Shown here: positions 13,697 to 28,905 of the stretch, one piece after another
How positions within the stretch are numbered: position 1 is the first letter of the stretch
Layout: the number at the start of each line of letters is the position of its first letter
Assembly: GCA_012295275.1 (NCBI GenBank)
Contig: CM022668.1
Span: 3,782,001 to 3,846,000, forward strand
Direction: 5' to 3'
Source of the DNA: Chrysomallon squamiferum
Taxonomy: Eukaryota > Animalia > Mollusca
Length of the DNA: 64,000 bases
The notes under the pieces: generated by a model
Database searches by the model: none
Told to the model about the DNA's origin: nothing
What the model saw: only the letters and a program-made list of their open reading frames with translations
Program-made: the position numbers and the translations under genes

Positions 13697-16600
13697 CTTT
13701 AAATACTAAATACTATTATCTCACAAACTGTATTTTAGAAGCTTTGGATAAAATTATTTTTCAATAAAAGTATCTTCAAGTAAAAATCACAGCTTTATGT
13801 GTATGTTATTTCTTTAGGTCAATTTTTATTAATTTTATTAAGTTTATTTTATTTATTTATTTATTTATTTATTTATTTTGAAACAGAAGCTGAATACTGG
13901 AAGACTTTGATTCAGAAATGCTGCCTGTTTATAGACAAATTTATTCTTGTTTTTTAACATGTCTATTATAATGTGATTTTTTTTTTTTTTTTTTTTAAAT
14001 ATTATGTTTACATCTGTGTTTACCTCGAATGTTAGTCTGTAGTTGTAACCAGACTGTCTGATCTTCACCGTGGCCAGCATCCCCGTGTACCTCAACTGTC
14101 GCAGAACAATTTCATCATCAAACACACAGGCAGCCTGAAACACAACACACAGAAGTTAAACAATTTCATCATCAAACACACGTGCAGCCTGAAACACAAT
14201 ACACAAAATTTAAACAATTTCATCATCAAACAAACACAAAGCTTGGAACACAATACACAAAATTTAAACAATTTCATCATCAAACAAACACAAAGCCTGG
14301 AACACAACACACAAATTTAAACAATTTTCAAAGTTTGTTTCTGGGCATAAAAATTACTCTGTATATCCTTTATCTTTGGTTAATATAACAATTCAAATTT
14401 GGTATTTTGGTACTTATTATAACATTTATATATTTAAATAATAATAAGAACAACAACAACAAAACATTAACTATAAAAATATTATTATTATTATTATTAT
14501 TATTATTCTCCATCTTTATTAATTTTGTGCTCAATACTACAGGCTAAAAAAAAAGTTAAAAAAAATAATAATAAAATGAAATAATAATAAAATGAGTTTT
14601 GTGTTCTGTTTATCAACACTAAAGTTGATTTCTACTCTTGTTATCACACAGGACTGAGATGAGAGTTTTGTGTTCTGTTTATCATCACTAAAGTTGATTT
14701 CTACTCTTGTTATCACACAGGACTGAGATGAGTTTTTTGTGTTCTGTTTATCATCACTAAAGTTGATTTCTACTCTTGTTATCACACAGGACTGAGATGA
14801 GAGTTTTGTGTTCTGTTTATCATCACTAAAGTTGATTTCTACTCTTGTTATCACACAGGACTGAGATGAGAGTTTTGTGTTCTGTTTATCATCACTAAAG
14901 TTGATTTCTACTCTTGTTATCACACAGGACTGAGATGAGAGTTTTGTGTTCTGTTTATCATCACTAAAGTTGATTTCTACTCTTGTTATCACACAGGACT
15001 GAGATGAGAGTTTTGTGTTCTGTTTATCATCACTAAAGTTGATTTCTATTCACTCTCTGTTATCACACAGGACTGAGATGAGAGTTTTGTGTTCTGTTTA
15101 TCATCACTAAAGTTGATTTCTACTCTGGTTATCACACAGGACTGAGATGAGAGTTTTGTGCTCACCTTATCAACATTTGACTTGATGCAGCGGATGAAGA
15201 ACGGGTTTGCTTGATTTAAAGCTGTCATCAGTCGAGACAAAGACCACTAAAACACAACAGTAAAATTTAAAATAAAAACTCAATGAATTAAAACATTTAA
15301 CATTATACTTGATCAAAATAACTTCAGATGTTTTTTTTAAAGTTTTTATTTATTACGCTGAAAACTACATCAAGCAAAATGGTCCACTATGCCTGGGGCA
15401 ACAACAACAAAAAATGTACTGTGGTTGCTAATGCACTAATGCAAGATAAAGATAGTTCAGTAAGTAGGTGTCACAGGGTAAAGTTATATTATCTCAAGGA
15501 GTGACTCAGAACACACTTATAAACATATATGATTTCAATCAATTCAGCTACAATTTCATTTCTATATTTTGTTTTACTTGTTGTATGAACAGATAAAACT
15601 GAAATTAGCTGCAGTTATTTCAAATTAAAACAGGCTGCTCTAAACAAAATGCAAAATAAATAGAAAATGAACTAAACAAGTAGTAAAGACATCATCTCAC
15701 CTGGAACTGGGCACCAACACTCGGTGACTGCTTTTTAGATCCGTGACGACTTCCTCCGACATTGAGCATTGTTCTATGAGCAATTGCTTTTAATGTCTTG
15801 ATATCCCTGAAACTCTGAGTGAAGATCAAAATAGTTCACAGTTATTTTATATACAACAGGTTACTTCATTCAAATCACTATACAACTCTTTTGATACAAC
15901 TGTTAAAACATAACTCTTTCAATTAGCACTACAATTCTAGTCACCACCTTGTTCCAAATACACAGTCATAATTATTAAACTCACACTGACAGTAAGTCAT
16001 ACAAGAAAATAAATTAAAAGTCATTTAATTCTATTGGTCATATGATAATAAATGTTACAGTTATAAATTTCATATATTTATTTCTATTTAAGTAAGCACA
16101 TACCAGGGAAGGTCGAGGTCGTGGTTTGAAAGACTTGTTTTTTCTGAAACATCAAACATAAACATTTTATAACAACCAAAGCACATTAATATAAATATCT
16201 TTCTCTTTATTTAATTTTTACTTGTTAAATTTGATAAATAGGTAAGTTATTTAACTCAAATTATGAAAACAGTATTAAACACATTTTTGTATCTTCAAGA
16301 CATTCAAGTTTGCTAACTTTAATTAAATCACACACACACACACACAAAAAAAACCACAGTTACATCACAGACAAACAAATTCATACAGTTACAAAAATAT
16401 TATACACATACAGAGAGACATATCAAACATACAGGTGAATAGACATAAAAATGTATCCTTTTATTTTAAGACATATTCCATTCTTATGTAAAGAACACAT
16501 AAAAATACACAAAAACAAAAATCAGAAATACATTATCTCAGTTAAGCAAACAGTTAAAAAAGCTAGTAAACTAGTGACAATATTAATTTTGAAATAAACA

Positions 16601-16806
16601 AAATAAAAAGAAAAAAAAAAAAAAAGAAAGAATAATTGTAACAATAACAACAACAACAACTGCTTGGTGACAACGCCAGCAATGCTGATGTGATAGGATG
16701 AAGCCATGTTATTATATGTACGCACACACACACACATTATTAATAACAACGATGGTTCATATTTTGGTGTTTTGAAACAAAATGCAAGCACACAGACACA
16801 CACACC

Positions 16807-16870
<64 letters not shown>

Positions 16871-18695
16871 AACACAAACACATTATTAATAACAACGATG
16901 GTTCATATTTTGGTGTTTTGAAACAAAATGTGAGCACACACACACACACTGACACACACACACGCACGCACACATGTACATGCACACACAAACACGCACA
17001 CACAAACACAAACACACATATATGGTTTTGCTACTGATTAAAAAAAAAGTAAAGTGGAAAAATTTAAATACTATAAAAGTTAAAAAGAATTGTTTTTCTT
17101 TGGTCTTTATAAAATGTTAGAAATTATTTTGAATTATTTTGTTTATTTCCAAGTTTAATTCTAGTTTATCATTATACAAGTATATGTATATATGTATGGT
17201 TTTTAACTACAGCAATTTATCATAAAGTAATTTCAAATTTAGACTATTTCTGGTTTATTTTAAACAATTTTATATTATTTCAGAGTTTTGGCTAGAACCA
17301 ACTTAATGGACTTATTGTTAGACTAAGTATCTAGTTTTCATTTATATAGTATTTCACAGTTCAGACTATTTACATACTGTTTTTTGTTTTTTTACTTTAT
17401 TCAGTTTTTGAGATTTCAAAAATAACTCAATTATCTGTTGATGTTTGTTTGGTGAAACAAAATTGTGAAACATACTTCAGAAGTTTTCTTGCTTTTCGGA
17501 TCACTTTTGTATCAACTGCATTTAAGTATGACTCCAAAATATGTGTCTCCAATAACTCATGCTTGTTCATGTATGCATTCTCATCATCACTAACTGCAAC
17601 AGCGAGGTCATCATTGCATGCAAACTGCTGACTGTCAAGCAGGGGAGACAATCTGTCTGGTCGGAGTGACAGGTCAGTGGAATGGACAGTGCTAAATGTA
17701 ACACATCAACAACGTAAGTGCAAACAAACAAAATTAATAATGAAAGCATTTGAAACAAACATGCAACAACAATCGTATGTTAAACAACAACAAACAAAAT
17801 AATAAAGGCAAAAAAAGCTAAGCTATTTGAGATTATTTTAAGATTTTTAGCATGTCTTTTTTTTACTTTTTTCAAAGTACCGAAAATTAGGAAACTGGTT
17901 TTTTTTTATGTTTATTTTTTAAATCATATTAATATGTAATGTGTGTTTTGTGTTTATCTGGTGTTATTTTAAAAATTCCACAGCCATAATTAGTTTTTCT
18001 GCTAGACAGCTGATGTCACTGATTAAAGTTTCCTTTTTATCTGACAGACACAGAACTGTGTGGATCTGGAAACAGTAAAAACAATGAATTTCTTATAAAT
18101 TCTTTTAGAAAATATATAAATAAATTTATATTAAGTTTTATGGTAAATATTTCTTTTTCTTTTATTTATTTCTTTATTCATTATTATTATTATTATTATT
18201 ATTATTGTTTTTTGTTTATTGTTTTTTTTTAAATCAAAACTTTTAGGAACCAAATTACAGAATATCTGTATATCAGTATGTAGCTTCCACATGCAGGCAA
18301 AACAGTGCAGTTTTGTAAGAGCATATTAAAAAAAAAAAAAATTATGTACTTTTACATTAGTTTGAAAGTTGTTTAGTTATTAATTTGAAATTCCATGCTC
18401 ATGTGTCATTAGTGGGTCTATTAATTAGTTTAAATGTGGGCAGCAAACACCACATTTAACTTACTGAATCTTACGAAGAATTTTCATGGTATGAGCAACA
18501 TGGTAAAATCTTCAATATAAACAAACAAAACATTAATTCTAAATCTATTTCACAGATTAAGATAAAGAATATCCATTAACTCCAATACTAATCTTAATCC
18601 CATCTTACAGATGTAAGAGATATGTTGTATTAATCTGAAAACAATTTTTATAAAGCTCTGTGTAAAAGCTGAAGATTCTTAAAAATGTATTTATT

Positions 18696-18740
<45 letters not shown>

Positions 18741-19642
18741 TATGTAAAGAAACAAAAATACAAATTTAATTAAAAAGTAGCTTTAACTAAAATAAAACAA
18801 AAAAGTTAAAAAAGCATAGAAAAAAGTTAAAAACAAATAAATTAAATCTTATGTTTGCAAATCTTTATAATTTTAAAAACATATTTTTCAAGTTGAGTGC
18901 TCTCTGACAGTTGTCAACAAACTATAATATCTTGTTTTTAAGAAAGACTGAACTGTTTGTGTAGTACATAAACTATGAAACTACTCATGCCTGTTTGCTT
19001 ATATGACTCTTAGTTTTGTATCTGTGTGTTTGAAAAGAAAGACTGTGACAGTAATATCTATTCATGCAAGAAGTAAGAACTACTAAACAAGGCTGACTTG
19101 TGTGTCAGTCTGCAGCAGTAGAAATAATGAAACTTAAATAAATTAAAAATAACAAGAACTTAATGGAGTGATAACAGAGAGGAACATCTATGAAGCAGAC
19201 AGAGGATTCAGTCAAACATGAGTTGTGTTACAGAGCATCACCACCCAAGCATTGTAATTAATCAGTTGAAAAATAAAACAAAGTCAGGACTTAAATAAAT
19301 AGTCAGACATTAACTTTTGTTATTTTTTGAGCATCACAGAATTCCTGTGTGTGTAATCATTTAAAATAATTTTGTCAATTAATTCCCAGAGACAAGTGAA
19401 AGAGAGAAGTATGTAAACTGGAGAAGAAGAGACATTACATGTGATCATACTTTACAGATGTTCCTGAAGAGCTCAGAAATAACACAATGCACAATAACTA
19501 CTTTATAAATCAACCGATAATTCCTTGTTTATTTTTCTGTTTATTGTACATTTAATCTGAACAGTATTAAATTATTGCTATCAAATTATAAAATACAAAA
19601 ACTCTTGTTTTTACTTCAGTTTTTATAATAATAATAATAATC

Positions 19643-19688
<46 letters not shown>

Positions 19689-22600
19689 CAATAAACATCA
19701 TATGATGATGATGATGATGATGATTATGATAATGATGATGATGATGATAATGATAATGATAATACCTGAGCAGGTTGTCAGTGTAAACAACATCTTGTAA
19801 CTGGGAATCTGAAAGTCGTTTCAGGTGAGCAGGTTTGTTCTCAGAACCTACATACAGAAAGACAGAAGTAAGTTTCCATGACAACAACATGTCTGGCAAA
19901 ACTATTAATTGAATAGAATTCTTATATTTAAATTTTAAAATAATGCAATGAAATTTAGTAATGATAATAGCCATGGATAAATGAATTCAAATGAAGAGAG
20001 TTCTCTTCTGTGTTAATAAATGTATTTTAAAATGTTTGTGTATGTATGGGTGTTATGTTTCTGGATGGGGTTAGGTCTGCTGTCTATAATTATTTTTTAA
20101 TTACATCTGCAAAGCTTCATGTTTTACCTCCATGTTTTCTGTAATTTTTACCAGCACCAATGAAAGCAAAGAAACACCGGAAAAATGCTCTAACAACAGA
20201 CCAGCGTAGAACTGCCACGGGATCAATTCCTGAAAGAGAAAACTTTTAACATCAACAGTCACATTACTAGTCAATCATCAAACAATATATACAAGAGAAA
20301 AATTCACTTAAGAAACATTAATTTTCCATATATTACATTTTCCATTAGAGGGATTGTTTACACAGATCTTCTCTTAGAAAGGAAAGAAAACAGATTTTCA
20401 TAAACAGTCAAATTTGGTATAAAGGTAAACAATTCTTGAACAGGGGGACTAATACTGTCTGTTCAGTTTTGTTTTGGACAATCACGCACTAAATGTACAC
20501 TGAATGAGAGAAAAATGTGTGACATTATTATAGATAAATAATATAAAACACTGAAGTCTCACCTACAAGTTCTCTGACAAAAGAAAAATTACTTTTCTTC
20601 AAAACACCAACAATGTCAGATCTGATCAGGTCAGAATTCTTCTCTCGGAAATCCTTATATTAAACAAAAGTATTTATACATTTAATGCTAAATTATGTAA
20701 ATCAAATTTCAGTTCCATATGTCCTCTAGAGTTAATATTGTCTACAGTGTTCAAAAATTTTAGTGTTATGTATGTATGTATGTATGTATGTATGTATGTA
20801 TGTATGTACGTACATATGTATGTAATGTAATGTATGTATGTAATGTATGTAATGTATGTATGCATGTATGCATGTCATGTTCTCTATATGTATATATAAA
20901 AATGGTTGTGCATGTCTGTCTGTAGCTATACACAGACAGACTCCAAACACCTCTGTTTATTGTAATATTTGGAATCTGTGTCCACTGGTGTTATTTAACA
21001 ACTACATCTAAAAGTAGGTGATTTTTAATGCACTATGTGTAATTTTTATAATGTGACCATCTACATGCGTAATATGCAACAATTTTTGTTGTTATCTCTG
21101 TGATATTTGACTGAAGTTACTTTGATGTGATGTTTGACTGTATTTGGCACCTGTATTTACTTTGATGTGATATTTGACTATATTTACCTTGATGTCATAT
21201 TCGACTGTATTTAACTCCTACATTTACCTGATGTGATATTTGACTGTATTTACCTTGATGTGTTGTTTGACTGTATTTAACACCTGTATTTACCTTTTGA
21301 TGTGATATTTGTATTTACTGTGTATGTGATATTTGACTGTATTATCACCTGTATTTACCGTGATGAATATATTTGTGATGAATATATTTACCGTGATGTG
21401 ATATTTGACTGTATTTACCTTGATGTGATATTTAACTGTATTTACCTTGATGTGATATTTGACTGTATTTACCCTGATGTGACATTTGACTGTATTTACC
21501 TTGATGTGACATTTGACTGCATTTACCTTGATGTGATATTTGACTGTATTTACCTTGATGTGACATTTGACTGTATTTACTGTGATGTGACATTTGACTG
21601 TATTTACTGTGATGTGATATTTGACTGTATTTACCTTGATGTGATATTTGACTGGACCAGCATAGTGCAGGATTACGAAGGACTCTTCTTTTCGTTGTGG
21701 TACTTCATAATATGGATTACTTTTGTGATGCTGAGTGAACTTCGTCAGCATCGTCTCATTAGTTGCTCCAGGAAAACTGATCAGTGAAAACAACAGCATT
21801 AGTTAAAGAACAAAAAATCTTAAAGCCTTAACTTTTTGTTTAATGAGAGGACTGTTATTTTCTGTTATATATTTTTAAATTTAAATAAAAGTATGGAAGA
21901 CTGAACATTTTTATTTTTTATTGTTATCATAAGGATAACAATGATGATGATGATGATGATGATTATTTGACAAACTATAGTAAATGTTTATGAGACCAAA
22001 AAGAAATCATATGAAGAAATACAGACATCAAATAAAAATATTTTTTTATGTTTTTGCTATTATGGTCAAGTAACTATGTCAAACCAACAAACAAGGACAT
22101 ACTGAAAACAAAACACAAAGTTTATAACATGATGACAAAAAAAGAAATGTATATTATTTATAAACATTTACTTACTTGCATTCCTCATCCAGCAGAGCAA
22201 ACAAACCATTTGCTCTTTTAGAAAACAATTCCAGGCAGCCTGTGTTATCTATAAACTCAATATTTTTCCACTGTATACCTTCTCTTTGATATTCTTCCTA
22301 CACAGAGACAAATAGTTTTATATACAAATTTAATATTTTTCCATTGTATACATTCTTTATATTAAATAAATAAATAAATAATAATGATGATGATGATGAT
22401 GATAGTGACAATAACAATAACAAAACATAAATAAATAAACACAACTGTTAAGCTTTATGCCTGGATTTATAAGTAATTAGAAGAAAGGAATCAGTAGTAG
22501 TTTTAAATGGTAGACAACTCTTAGCTATTTCTTTGTAGAGGTAAAAGTAATCAGAAAGATTTCTACCAGCTACTTACACTAATCTTATTCATTCCCTAAT

Positions 22601-23541
22601 TTCACTGACATATTTAGAGTGTGGCAGATAAGTTTGTAATCACATTCATAAATTGTTTATGCCAATTTGGTTGACATGTCTCTCCCTACTCGCTAAGTTC
22701 AATAAGAAATCATGGGTACATCAACATGTAACATAGGTATGCTAGTCAAACTGCTTTCACAGCCCAGATATGAATTCACTGGCAGAAGCATGTCAGACCC
22801 AATTCAAACAATCCTGCACAAAACTTTTTTGGATGGCCTTGCATACAATACTATGTCTTGTCTTTCTGTGTAATTTTGCTTGAATAACAGCTCAAAAACC
22901 TCAGTTATGAGTGATTTCTATACTCTATTCCTATTTTAGGAAAAAGATCAATTTTACTGATTTTCACAGTCTCTTTTTTTCTTCAAATTACATGTCAAAA
23001 CAACAGAAATAAATTCCTATAATTAGTGACTGATAATTAGTTATAAAATACTTAATATAAATATTAGAAGGCTGTTTAAGTATCATTTGTCTTCCCAGCA
23101 ATAACAAGGATCTAATAAGTTTTAGTGTAATTTTTGTTTTTTGAAGGTTTTTTTCATTCCTGTCTCACACACAAACAAACCTAGGATTCTGTGTTGTGTG
23201 ACAAAGATGGATGTTCAATATAAACATTTTTCAAACAGCTGATTTACTGAATGGAAATTCAGTTTGTACCTAACTGAATGGTGATTTCTCCTTTTTTAAG
23301 TGGAAGTGTGTTTGAGGTCAAGAAGAAAAGTGACACCAGAGTTTGTTACAAAACTTATACATGATATTTAACACTGCCTATTTCCTGTTGTATGTTGTAT
23401 TTAAACATAGATTATAATACCACTAATTTCTAATTTACTTATGTATATCTTAAACATTAATTAAACAGGGGTGGCATATTTAATACCACCATTTTCAAAA
23501 TTATATTATATATTTTTAAACTTTGTTATAACATTATACAT

Positions 23542-23611
<70 letters not shown>

Positions 23612-24766
23612 AAAACCAAATTTGGGTTGTATAACAGAAATTAAACTATATACTGACCTGCTCAAATTTGAAAATATGTTGATTGAAGTAATACTGAAGA
23701 TGTTCATTGGCAAAATTGATACAAAACTGCTCAAAACTGTTGACACCAAAATCCTCAAAACCAAAAATATCCAAAACACCAATAGAATTGCCCTGCAGGA
23801 AAACCAAACAATATACTGTAGTAGACATCATAAATTCTGAAAAAAGTTGTATTTCTAAATCTGCTATAAGAAAGATAGTGTTGAGATGATTAATTCAATA
23901 AAATAACTTCACTGCTGAAATGTTAAAATAATACAAAAACACTTCTGCAATGTATCATGAAAATCATGAAAATAAAAACATAATTTGTATGTGCAAATCC
24001 TCACAAGTTAAAAAAGCATCAATGAAACTTTTTGTTTTTCAAAAGTATTATTATTTCTTAATTTAATTTAAAATGTTATTATTATTATTATTATTTTTAA
24101 AAAAAAAAAAAAGAAAGAAAGAAAGAAGAAAAAATCCAACATTTACATGGATTTCATAAAAATATTTAGTATTTGTCATTACTGGTGAATAATAAATATC
24201 TGATTATATTTTGATATATTTCAATGTTTGTTTTCTAATTTGATATCATCAGCATATTGAATTATCACTGAAATAAAAATCACAATAATGATGATAATGA
24301 TGATGAAGATTCTATTAGTCACAACAATAACTTACTCTCTGCTACTTATGGCAAAATTTATATTAGGTCACTAGATAATTTTAACATTCACTGCAAAATC
24401 AAGGAATAGGTACAACTACTAGGAATGCATTTGTGACAGTTTTTAATTACTGACACCTTGCTCAACAGAGTTTCTGTGTACTGCACATAATCATCATTTT
24501 ATTTCATTGATTTTTTTTTAAAATAATTTGTTAGTTTAATTATTACAAAATGTATTTATTTATTTATTCATTTACATAGATATTAACATGATTTCAGCAG
24601 AGAACAACTGATGAAAAAAGGATTTCCTGTTAAAACTGTTTTATTATTATTTAGGAACTTTCACCATATATTTCTTTTTTTCAAAATGTATTATTAAAAA
24701 CCAGAAATAATTAGATATTTATACCAAGGTAAGAAATATATATAAATAAGTGAAAGGTAGGCAGAT

Positions 24767-24797
<31 letters not shown>

Positions 24798-25466
24798 AAG
24801 AAAGACAGACAGACAGAGATAGATGGATAGATTGATAGAGAGATAGATAGATAGATAGACAGACAGATAGACAGATAGATAGGGTACATCATCTATTTGT
24901 GTTTATGTCTATATAAAAAATGAGTAGAGAATTATAAAATATTCCTATAACAATAAAATAAAATAAAACTAAATAAAAAGTTATCATCACACTGTTGACA
25001 TCTATAAAAAGATAAAAAAAAAAATGAAAGTGAATCACATAAACTGTTGAACAAAAAATATAAATCCATGAAGTAAACAAAACTGAAACCTAACAAAACT
25101 GCTTCACATAAATAATAATCACAATAAGCACAGCACTAAACAGAATTCTTTATTGTGGACAGACATACCTACACACAGACAATGTGACATAAATCTGGAG
25201 TTTTATTTCATCATATTTATACAAATAACAACCAACAGCTAGATGTGGTTTTCTTTCCATTAAAAGTGTTATTTATTTAGAAGTTTGGTTTTTAAAATTA
25301 CAGGATGTTTTTATTATGTTAATGATGTAACAAGGTGCTTAAAATGTCTGTTAACATAAATGTAATTAGGAGTAAATGTTTTTAGCATGCACATTAACTC
25401 TAAACATTTAATTTCAAAGTAATGGATTAAACCAGGCTGTTTTTTTTACATGGTCTTTTTCTTCTT

Positions 25467-25501
<35 letters not shown>

Positions 25502-26109
25502 TGAAAATGTATACACTGTACTTATTACACTTCTCGAACAACATAAAAAAATAACATACTGACAACAATCCCTCCTAATTTCATCAAATTACAAATTCAG
25601 AAATATGTCTTATAACAACAACTACATGATTTATAGATATACAGAGATAAATATAATCAATAAAATATTATATAATTTGTAAAACTGAGTACCAGGTTAT
25701 TTAACATGAATTATGAAATTATATGGTATTATTTATCTCAAAACATGTTTTTCACATTAGTTTGTTAGTTATGTTTATATGTAATATAAAACTAATTTTC
25801 TTCAAAATCATTAGTTACTGTAAATAATAAAATAATTTTAGAAATAAACCAATCCTGATATAAAATATTTCTTATCTATCTGAAAAAAATAAAATAACTG
25901 ATGATGGTTGTGAAATGAGAGCAATAAAAATGTATAATAATGAATCATTTTTGCTGAAAGAACGTTTTTGTCTGTATTTGTATCTCATTAAAACATTAAT
26001 GATAATCAAGCAGCTGTAATAATTGTCAAGAACAATTTTGTGTCTGTGTGTGTGTGTGTGTTAGCCTATCATATTTTAAACTTCCTGTAGTCAACAATAT
26101 TTTAAATTT

Positions 26110-26144
<35 letters not shown>

Positions 26145-28866
26145 AATCAGATATATAAAAAAACGGTTAAACAAGGAGTTTTGGTAGATGAAATTTCAAC
26201 CTACTTAGTATTGCTTATAGACTTGTAACTACATTTTCTAGTTAAATGCCTAAATAAAAGGACTTAAATAATAATAATTAAAAAAATAACATTAAAATTA
26301 AAATAGTGTAAATTTTGACATATTTTGTTTAAATTTAAAATAATGAAAGCTGTCAGTCTTATTAGTTCAGTGTTTGTGTTTTTAACAACAGACTGTATTT
26401 GGCCTATTATAACTTATCCTTTATTTTTATTTATTTATTTATATATATATATTTTTTTTTAACTGATTAAACAATATCAGTTTTTAGAATATAATGTTAT
26501 TAAAAAATAATATTAACAATAAAAATACCTTGCTGAATACCAAAGTAAAATAAAATAAATAATAAAAAGCACAACAAAAAAAGCCAACTAAGGTCAGGGT
26601 CAAACTGAAAGAAAAAAAGATGCATGCATCACAACATGAACTGAATAATAAAAATACAGGTAACACAGAAGTGTTTTTCAATCCTACCAATGCAAATGGC
26701 TGACTCTCAGACTGGGGGGCTGAGCCAGCCATGGGGGAGGAGTAACGCTGGCTTACAGATGTCAAATGTGTAACCTCTTGTGCATCAACCTGAAATGGCA
26801 CAATCTTAAACAGATAATCAGTCTGTCTTCAAGATAATCATCATAGTCTATGTTCATAGGATGATCATCTTATGTCTATGTTCACAGGATAATCATCATA
26901 GTGTATGTTAACATGATAATCATCAGTCTATGTGCATAGGATAATCATCATAGTCTATATTCACAGGATAATCATCATAGGTCTGTTTACAGGATAATGA
27001 TCATATGTCTATGTTTACAGGATAATGATCATATGTCTATATTTACAGGATAATGATCATATGTCTGTGTTTACAGGATAATAATCAAATAATAATCAGT
27101 AGAGATCTATGTTTACATGACAATGACTGAATGAAAATCATCACAGGATTTTGTTTACAAGATTATTTTTATAGGGAAATGTTTATAAGACAACATCACA
27201 TGGTGAGTATTATAACAGAGTTTAATGCTCAAAGGGAAATTTCCAGCTGTATGACAATGTTCTTATGATAATTATAGATCATAGATCAATCTTAGGTGAC
27301 ACTGATGACATAACATTGAATATGTTTATACAACACATTACAAGAAATATTTTATTTATGTCTTTTACAATATTCATGTAACAGAGTGGACAATACTGAC
27401 AGAAAATGTAAACAGAAATACACAGGCTATCTTTACAAATCACGAGAAGATTATCAAGTAATTATAAAACAGGATATGAATTAACAATCATCATCATAAT
27501 AATTGAAAGAAATATCCCCCCAAAAAACAACAGCACAGAAATTTGCATGATAACTGGAAGAGACCAGAAAGTAACATCCTAGGATATCTTGATAATGAGT
27601 AGTACAACATTCAAATGAGAATTAAAGTCATTGAATATACTGTTCAACAAAAGAAAATCAACAATCACATTGAAGAATGTTGAAGCCTCTGTTAGAGGAA
27701 ATTATACTAACAGTGATAGAAGCAAACAAAATGCACATGATATGCTTTTTTTCTTCTGCAAGATTTAAGGAAAAGAGTGAAGGAACAGAGATATGGGATA
27801 GAAAGAAAAAGAAAGTATGGAAATGGAAGATGCAAAATAGAAGAGCTAAGAAAGAGATAAAAGAGTGTAAAGAGAGAAACAGACAGAGGATACGAGAGAG
27901 AGAAAAAAAAAAGCAGAGACAGAGTGAAAGAGGGAAAGAGAATAAGAGTGAGAAAGCAATTTAGAAAACAGTTGTGTTTATGTAATCAAACCTCAGCATC
28001 TCTGTGCAGAAGGGATTGAAAGAATATACAAGATTACAATACAGATTGACGTAACAATGAAGAAATACAAATCCAGGCTTTGTACAGAGATAGACACAAC
28101 TTACCGAGCCTCGCTGTATTAAACTGCTACACCTTTTTCTTTTCAACTACACAACAACCAAAAACAAAGTGCAAGCACTGAAATAACTGACATGTTTAAT
28201 TAGATTGAAAAAATATAATAATAATAATAATAACAATTTCAATAAATTTGTATTGTCATTCAGTGTTATAAGTAAGATAAACAAAGAATATATGAAAAGC
28301 TGGTGCAGATACAAATTTATGTTTAGTTTTAGTAACCACAGAAAAAATATTTCAGTCTTATTGAAAGAATGCAGTAATAGATAAGTGGGCAATTCTGTTT
28401 ATTGATTAAATTAATGGACCCATGACAAAATATCAGAAATATACATTCATTACCAGCTTATTGTTGAAGGTAATGAAGATATTTGAAACAAATGCTAGGA
28501 TAAATGACTGACCTAAAGATATTACTGTTGAGATACTGAGGTGAGACTGAACACACACAACATGTTTGTTCTGGTTCATATGAATCACATATGCACTAAC
28601 AGAATTCTGTATTATACAAGTCACTTTAAAATAATTCATTTCTAAAGTCCAAATTGTGTAACAACTTCCTCAATGTGACAGATACTGATGAAAACACTGT
28701 CTCACCTGATGTTCACTGTTGTGTTTCTTTGCCAGAAGAGCTTGATTAACTTTGAGTACAATCCAGTCAAACAGAGATCCATACAAACATTTGGCCATCG
28801 CATCTCGTGTAGCTATAGCCTGCAATGAGCCAAAATTTATGTCAAATTATCATTGCTGAACACATA

Positions 28867-28905
<39 letters not shown>

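Noticed and set aside
14537-14992. 151-aa repetitive ORF ([23 protein letters not shown])n
   Set aside because: By-product of a 69-bp intronic minisatellite; no independent start or splice support.
16522-17015. ORFs rich in CV/TH repeats (also at 7605, 19567, 32429, 38347)
   Set aside because: Translations of (CA)n and (ATN)n microsatellites.
21302-21787. 161-aa plus-strand ORF (DCIYLDVIF)n
   Set aside because: Antisense reading of the 27-bp repeat and a myosin exon.
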